From the human T2T-CHM13v2.0 reference genome, Homo sapiens: a DNA stretch of 64,000 bases. The position numbers were made by a program, and so were the translations under genes. The stretch is taken from the NCBI RefSeq assembly GCF_009914755.1, contig NC_060933.1; one strand, given 5' to 3'. Numbering within the stretch: position 1 is the stretch's first letter; the number at the start of each line of letters is the position of its first letter. Shown here one piece after another: positions 56,380-64,000 of the stretch. The notes beneath the pieces were generated by a model. That model saw only the letters and a list, made by a program, of their open reading frames with translations, had not been told where the DNA came from and did not search any database.

Positions 56380-59300
56380 CATTCCATTCTATTCGGGTTA
56401 ATTCCATTCCATTCCATTCAATTCCATTCCATTCCAATCGAGTTGATTCCATTCCATTCCATTCCATTCCATTCCACTCCATTCCAGTCCTTTCCATTCC
56501 ATTCCACTCGTGTTGATTCCATTCCCTTCCATTCCATTCCATACCATTCCATTCCATTCCATTCCGTTCCATTCCGTTCCATTCCATTCCATTCCATTCT
56601 ATTCGGATTTATTCCATTCCATTCCATTCCATTCCATTCTATTCCATTCCATTGCAATCGAGTTGAATCCATTGCATTTCATTCCATTCCATTCCATTCC
56701 ATTCCATTGCAATCGAGTTGAATCCATTGCATTTCATTCCATTCCATTCCATTCCATTCCATTCCGGAAGTTTCCATTCCATTGCTTTCCATTCCATTCC
56801 ATTCCATTCCGTTCCGTTCCATTCCATTCCATTCCATTCCGTTCCGTTCCATTCCATTCCATTCCATTCCATTCCATTCCATTACTTTCCGTTCCATTCC
56901 ATTCCATTCCATTCCATTCCAATCCATTCCAATCCGTTCCGTTCCGTTCCATTCCATTCCATTCCATTCTTTTCGGGTTAATTCCATTCCATTCCATTCG
57001 ATTGAAATCGAGTTGATTCCATTCCATTCCATTCCATTCCATTCCTTTCCTTTCCATTCCATTACGGATGATTCCATTCCATTGCATTCCATTCCATTCC
57101 ATTCCCCTGTACTCGGGTTGATTCCATTCCATTCCATTCCAATCCATGCCATTCCACTCGTGTTGTTTCCATTCTTTCCATTCCATTCAAGTTAAATCCA
57201 TTCCATTGCATTCCATTCCATTCGATTCCATTCGATTGCACTCGGGTTGATTCCATTCCATTGCATTCCATTCCATTCCATTTCATTCCATTCCATTCCT
57301 TTCCATTCCATTCCATTCCATTCCATTCCATTGCAATCGAGTTGATTCCATTCCATTCCTTTCCATTCCATTCCATTGCCTTTCATTCCAGTCGGGTTGA
57401 TTCCATTCCCTTCTTTCCACTCCATTACATTCCCTTCCATTCCACTCGGAATGATTTATTCCATTCCATTCCATTCCATTTCATTCCATTGCAATCCATT
57501 CCAATCCATTCCATTCCATTCCATTCCACTCGAGTTGATTTCATTCCATTCCTTTCCATTCCATTCCATGCCTTTCCACTCGAGTTGATTCCATTGCATT
57601 CCATTCCATTGCATTCCGTTCCATGCCATTCCACTCGGGTTGATTCCAATCCATTCCATTCCATTCCATTCCATTCCATTCCATTCCATTGCATTCCATT
57701 CCATTCCTTTCCCCTGCACTCGGGTTTATTCCATTCCATTCCATTCCATTTAATTCTATTCCATTCCATTCCATTCCATTCCATTCCAATCCGTTCCATT
57801 CCATTCCATTCCATTCCATTGCAATCGACTTGATTCCATTCCATTCCATTCCATTCCATTCTATTCCATTCCATTGCATTCCATTCCATTTTTTTCCAAT
57901 CCATTCTATTCCGAACCATTCCATTCCATTCCATTTTTTTCCAATCCATTCTATTCCGAACCATTCCATTCCATTCCATTCCATTCCATTCCATTCCATT
58001 CCAGCCATTCCACTCGGGTTGATTCCATTCCTTTCCATTCCATTCGGGTTGAATCCATTCCACTCCATTCCATTCCATTCGAATCCATTCCATTGCACTC
58101 GGGTTGATTCCATTCCATTCCATTCCATTCGATTCCATTCCATTCCATTCCATTCCGTTCCATTCCATTGCATTACATTCACATTGATTCTATTCAATTC
58201 CCTTACACTCCATTATATTCCAATCCATTCTGGTTGTTTCCATTCCATTCCATTCCATTTCACTCCATTCCATTGCACTCGGTTTGATTCCATTCCATTC
58301 CATTCCATTGCATTCCGGATGATTCCATTCCATTGCATTCCATTCCATTCCATTCCCCTGCACTCAGGTTGATTCCATTCCACTCCATTCCACTGCATTC
58401 GGTTCCGTTCCATTCCATTCTATTGCATTCCATTCTATTCGGGTTAATTCCATTCCATTCTATTCCATTCCATTCCATTCCATTCCATTGTAATGGAGTT
58501 GATTCCATTCCATTCCATTCCATTCCGGATGATTCCATTCCATTGCATTCCATTCCATTCCATTTCCCTGCACTCGTGTTGATTCCATTACCTTCCATTC
58601 CATTCCATTCCGTTCCATTCCATTGCATTCCATTCTATTCCGGTTAATTCCATTCCATTCCATTCCATTCCATTCCATTCCATTGCAATCGAGTTGATTG
58701 CATTCCATTCCTTTCCATTCCATTCCATTGCCTTGCATTCCAATCGGATTTATTCCATTCCCTTCTTTCCACTCCATTACATTCCCTTCCATTCCACTCG
58801 GAATGATTGATTCCATTCCATTCCATTCCATTTCATTCCGTTGCAATCCATTCCAATCTATTCCATTCCATTCCATTCGACTAGAGTTGATTTCATACCA
58901 TTCCTTTCCATTCCATTCCATTCCTTTCCACTCGAGTTGATTCCATTCCATTCCATTCCATTGCATTCCATTCCATGCCATTCCACTCGGGTTGATTCCA
59001 TTCCTTTGCATTCCGTTCCATTCCATTCCATTCCATTCCATTCCATTCCATTCCATTCCATTCCGTTGTATTCCATTCCATTACATTCGGATTGATTCTA
59101 TTCAACTCCCTTACTCTCCATTACATTACATTCCATTCGGGTTGTTCCATTCCATTCCATTCCATTCCGAATGATTCCATTCCATTGCATTCCATTCGAT
59201 TACATTCCCCTGCACTCGCGTTGATTCCTTTCCATTCCATTCCATTCCATTCAATTCCATTCTATTACAATTCGTTCCATTCCATTCTATTCCGTACCAT

Positions 59301-62300
59301 TCCATTCCATTCCATACCATTCCATTCCGTTCCATTCCATTCCATTCCATTCCATTCCGTTCCATTCCGTTCCATTCCATTCCATTTTATTCGGGTTAAT
59401 TCCATTCCATTCCATTCCATTCCATTCTATTCCATTCCATTGCAATCGAGTTGAATCCATTGCATTTCATTCCATTCCATTCCATTCCATTGCATTCCGG
59501 AAGATTCCATTCCATTGCATTCCATTCCATTCCATTCCCCTGCACTCGCGTTGATTCCATTCCATTCCATTCCATTCCATTCAATTCCATTCCGTTCCTT
59601 TCCATTCCATTCCATTCCATTCCATTCCTTTCCATTCCATTACGGATGATTCCATTCCATTGCATTCCATTCCATTCCATTCCCCTGTACTCGGGATGAT
59701 TCCATTCCATTGCATTCCAATCCACGCCCTTCCACTCGTGTTGATTCCATTCTTTCCATTCCATTCAAGTTGAATCCATTCCATTGTATTCCATTCCATT
59801 CGATTCCATTCGATTGCACTCGGGTTGATTCCATTCCATTGCATTCCATTCCATTCCATTCCATTCCATTCCATTCCGTTCCATTCCATTCCGTTACATT
59901 CGGATTGATTCTATTCAATTCCCTTACACTCCATTACATTCCATTCCATTCGGGTAGTTTCCATTCCATTCCATTCCATTCCTCTCCATTCCATTGCACT
60001 CGGGTTGATTCCATTCCATTGCATTCCATTCCATTCCATTCAATTCCATTCCGTTCCATTCCATTCCATTACATTCGGATTGACTCTATTCAACTCCCTT
60101 ACTCTCCATTACATTCCATTCCATTCGGGTTGTTCCATTCCATTCCATTCCATTCCACTCCATTCCATTGCACTCGGGTTTATTCCATTCCATTCCATTC
60201 CATTCCATTCCATTCCATTCCATTCCATTCCGGAAGATTCCATTCCATTGCATTCCATTCCATTCCATTCCCCTGCACTCGAGTTGATTCCATTCCATTC
60301 CATTCCATTCCATTCCATTCCATTCCATTCCTTTCCGTTCCATTCCATTCCATTCCATTCCATTCCGTTCCGTTCCGTTCCGTTCCGTTCCGTTCCATTC
60401 CATTCCATTCCATTCTATTCGGGTTAACTCCATTCCATTCCATTCGATTGCAATCGAGTTGATTCCATTCCATTCCATTCCATTCCATTCCATTCCATTC
60501 CTTTCCATTCCATTACGGATGATTCCATTCCATTGCATTCCATTCCCCTGTACTCGGGTTGATTCCATTCCATTCCATTCCAATCCATGCCATTCCACTC
60601 GTGTTGATTCCATTCTTTCCATTCCATTCAAGTTGAATCCATTCCATTGCATTCCATTCATTCGATTCCATTCGATTGCACTCGGGTTGATTCCATTCCA
60701 TTGCATTCCATTCCATTCCATTCCATTCCATTCCATTCCATTCCGTTCCATTCCATTCCATTACATTCGGATTGATTCTATTCAATTCCCTTACACTCCA
60801 TTACATTCCATTCCATTCGGGTAGTTTCCATTCCATTCCATTCCATTCCTCTCCATTCCATTGCACTCGGGTTGATTCCATTCCATTGCATTCCATTCCA
60901 TTCCATTCAATTCCATTCCGTTCCATTGCATTCCATTACATTCGGATTGATTCTATTCAACTCCCTTACTCTCCATTACATTCCATTCCATTCGGGTTGT
61001 TCCATTCCATTCCATTCCATTCCACTCCATTCCATTGCACTCGGGTTTATTCCATTCCATTCCATTCCATTCCATTGCATTCCGGAAGATTCCATTCCAT
61101 TGCATTCCATTCCATTCGAATCCCCTGCACTCGCGTTGATTCCATTCCATTCCATTCCATTCCATTCCATTCCATTCCATTCCATTCCATTCCATTCCTT
61201 TCCGTTCCATTCCATTCCATTCCATTCCATTCCAATCCATTCCATTCCGTTCCGTTCCGTTCCATTCCATTCCATTCCATTCTTTTCGGGTTAATTCCAT
61301 TCCATTCCATTCGATTGAAATCGAGTTGATTCCATTCCATTCCATTCCATTCCATTCCTTTCCTTTCCATTCCATTACGGATGATTCCATTCCATTGCAT
61401 TCCATTCCATTCCATTCCCCTGTACTCGGGTTGATTCCATTCCATTCCATTCCAATCCATGCCATTCCACTCGTGTTGTTTCCATTCTTTCCATTCCATT
61501 CAAGTTGAATCCATTCCATTGCATTCCATTCCATTCGATTCCATTCGATTGCACTCGGGTTGATTCCATTCCATTGCATTCCATTCCATTCCATTTCATT
61601 CCATTCCATTCCTTTCCATTCCATTCCATTCCATTCCATTCCATTGCAATCGAGTTGATTCCATTCCATTCCTTTCCATTCCATTCCATTGCCTTGCATT
61701 CCAGTCGGGTTGATTCCATTCCCTTCTTTCCACTCCATTACATTCCCTTCCATTCCACTCGAATGATTGATTCCATTCCATTCCATTCCATTTCATTCCA
61801 TTGCTATCCATTCCAATCCATTCCATTCCATTCCATTCCACTCGAGTTGATTTCATTCCATTCCTTTCCATTCCATTCCATTCCTTTCCACTCGAGTTGA
61901 TTCCATTGCATTCCATTCCATTGCATTCCGTTCCATGCCATTCCACTCGGGTTGATTCCATTCCATTCCATTCCATTCCATTCCATTCCATTCCATTCCA
62001 TTGCATTCCATTCCATTCCTTTCCCCTGCACTCGGGTTAATTCCATTCCATTCCATTCCATTTAATTCCATTCCATTCCATTCCATTCCATTCCAATCCG
62101 TTCCATTCCAGTCCATTCTATTCCATTGCAATCGACTTGATTCCATTCCATTCCATTCCATTCCATTCTATTCCATTCCATTCCATTCCATTCCATTTTT
62201 TTCCAATCCATTCTATTCCGAACCATTCCATTCCATTCCATTTTTTTCCAATCCATTCTATTCCGAACCATTCCATTCCATTCCATTCCATTCCATTCCA

Positions 62301-64000
62301 TTCCAGCCATTCCACTCGGGTTGATTCCATTCCTTTCCATTCCATTCGGGTTGAATCCATTCCACTCCATTCCATTCCATTCGAATCCATTCCATTGCAC
62401 TCGGGTTGATTCCATTCCATTCCATTCCATTCGATTCCATTCCATTCCATTCCATTCCGTTCCATTCCATTGCATTACATTCACATTGATTCTATTCAAT
62501 TCCCTTACACTCCATTATATTCCAATCCATTCTGGTTGTTTCCATTCCATTCCATTCCATTTCACTCCATTCCATTGCACTCGGTTTGATTCCATTCCAT
62601 TCCATTCCATTCCATTCCGGATGATTCCATTCCATTGCATTCCATTCCATTCCATTCCCCTGCACTCAGGTTGATTCCATTCCATTCCATTCCACTGCAT
62701 TCGGTTCCGTTCCATTCCATTCTATTGCATTCCATTCTATTCGGGTTAATTCCATTCCATTCTATTCCATTCCATTCCATTCCATTGTAATGGAGTTGAT
62801 TCCCTTCCATTCCATTCCATTCCGGATGATTCCATTCCATTGCATTCCATTCCATTCCATTTCCCTGCACTCGTGTTGATTCCATTACCTTCCATTCCAT
62901 TCCATTCCGTTCCATTCCATTGCATTCCATTCTATTCCGGTTAATTCCATTCCATTCCATTCCATTCCATTCCATTCCATTGCAATCGAGTTGATTGCAT
63001 TCCATTCCTTTCCATTCCATTCCATTGCCTTGCATTCCAATCGGATTGATTCCATTCCCTTCTTTCCACTCCATTACATTCCCTTCCATTCCACTCGGAA
63101 TGATTGATTCCATTCCATTCCATTCCATTTCATTCCGTTGCAATCCATTCCAATCTATTCCATTCCATTCCATTCCACTCGAGTTGATTTCATTCCATTC
63201 CTTTCCATTCCATTCCATTCCTTTCCACTCGAGTTGATTCCATTCCATTCCATTCCATTGCATTCCATTCCATGCCATTCCACTCGGGTTGATTCCATTC
63301 CTTTGCATTCCATTCCATTCCATTCCATTCCATTCCATTCCATTCCATTCCATTCCATTCCGTTGCATTCCATTCCATTACATTCGGATTGATTCTATTC
63401 AACTCCCTTACTCTCCATTACATTACATTCCATTCGGGTTGTTCCATTCCATTCCATTCCATTCCGAATGATTCCATTCCATTGCATTCCATTCGATTAC
63501 ATTCCCCTGCACTCGCGTTGATTCCATTCCATTCCATTCCATTCCATTCTATTCCATTCTATTACAATTCGTTCCATTCCATTCTATTCCGTACCATTCC
63601 ATTCCATTCCATACCATTCCATTCCATTCCATTCCATTCCATTCCATTCCATTCCATTCCGTTCCATTCCGTTCCATTCCATTCCATTTTATTCGGGTTA
63701 ATTCCATTCCATTCCATTCCATTCCATTCTTTTCCATTCCATTGCAATCGAGTTGAATCCATTGCATTTCATTCCATTCCATTCCATTCCATTGCATTCC
63801 GGAAGATTCCATTCCATTGCATTCCATTCCATTCCATTCCCCTGCACTCGCGTTGATTCCATTCCATTCCATTCCATTCCATTCAATTCCATTCCGTTCC
63901 GTTCCATTCCATTCCATTCCATTCCATTCCTTTCCATTCCATTACGGATGATTCCATTCCATTGCATTCCATTCCATTCCATTCCCCTGTACTCGGGATG

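Larger units (their letters stand above)
1..64000 (+). repeat. Satellite 3 (HSat3/SatIII-type) pericentromeric (CATTC)n / (GGAAT)n array, single orientation, running off both window ends
   Basis: CATTC pentamers dominate every line. They are interrupted every ~50-200 bp by the SatIII 10-mer A(C/T)TCGGGTTG and its variants (CTCGCGTTG, CTCGTGTTG, ATCGAGTTG, TTCGGGTTA), e.g. gcactcgggttgattcc at 242-258. The HSat2-type CATTCGATTC/CATTCGATGAT backbone is not dominant. No block with GGAAT on the + strand was seen. Confidence 0.97.
52000..64000 (+). repeat. Second local higher-order tandem amplification, unit ~4.3-4.4 kb, ~2.7 copies visible, continuing past the window end
   Basis: Private markers recur: tttttttccaatccattctattccgaacc doublet (~53500/57890/62197), ccagccattccac (~53621/58001/62303), tacattcacattga (~53794/58174/62476), ttgtaatggag (~54108/58488/62785), tactcgggatga (~55293/59688/63990). 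ORF offsets are 4380 (53953/58333; 54318/58698) and 4297 (58698/62995). Confidence 0.9.

Noticed and set aside
4481-56760. Very short tandem duplications (50 bp at ~4486/4536, 80 bp at ~15766/15846, 55 bp at ~56654/56709)
   Set aside because: They are real but ordinary in-register slippage or unequal exchange in a 5-mer satellite and not informative individually.
406-61030. Conserved modules separated by variable-length tracts, superficially like a CRISPR repeat-spacer array
   Set aside because: The 'spacers' are the same pentamer rather than unique sequences, spacing is irregular, there are no cas genes, and the sequence is a primate satellite.
151-63982. Hundreds of ORFs in all six frames, up to 427 aa (e.g. 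17558-18841, 39003-40268, 51290-52372)
   Set aside because: (GGAAT)n translates to MEWNG repeats and (CATTC)n to FHSIP repeats, with no stop codon in any frame and an ATG every 5 bp on the minus strand. The ORFs overlap in all frames, show no domain, and end only at variant modules. They are not genes.
1-64000. Assignment to HSat2
   Set aside because: CATTCGATTC units occur only in a few modules. The backbone is near-pure CATTC with the SatIII 10-mer, not the ~23-26 bp CATTCGATTC/GATGAT HSat2 unit.
1-64000. Telomeric or alpha-satellite sequence (gggtta and ~170-180 bp spacings appear)
   Set aside because: gggtta occurs only as isolated cgggttaattcc, with a single ttaggg at ~51978 and no tandem TTAGGG. 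No 171-bp alphoid monomer or CENP-B box was recognised.
1-64000. Embedded Alu/L1/ERV insertion or strand inversion
   Set aside because: No non-satellite stretch, poly-A tail or GGAAT-strand block was seen. The T-runs at ~53500, 57890 and 62197 are only 7 bp and lie inside a repeated module.

Overview
The whole 64-kb window is one uninterrupted array of classical Satellite 3 (human/great-ape HSat3/SatIII type): degenerate (CATTC)n on the + strand, (GGAAT)n on the - strand, with the diagnostic interspersed A(C/T)TCGGGTTG 10-mer. I saw no gene, RNA gene, transposon insertion, unique sequence or strand inversion. The hundreds of predicted ORFs (MEWNG.../FHSIP...) are artefacts of translating a stop-free 5-mer. 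The information lies in the variant pentamers. They form a small vocabulary of recurring modules reused in changing order. There are two separate local ~4.3-4.4 kb tandem amplifications (~16.7-26.5 kb and ~52-64 kb), a chimeric unit next to the first, and many smaller duplications (50 bp-1.6 kb). Notable signals are about 40 perfect three-unit heat-shock elements (aTTCc gGAAg aTTCc), recurrent 13-14 bp palindromes, and pentamer register shifts that all read as deletions. All counts and boundaries were made by eye and are approximate. Chromosome and subfamily cannot be fixed from this window alone.
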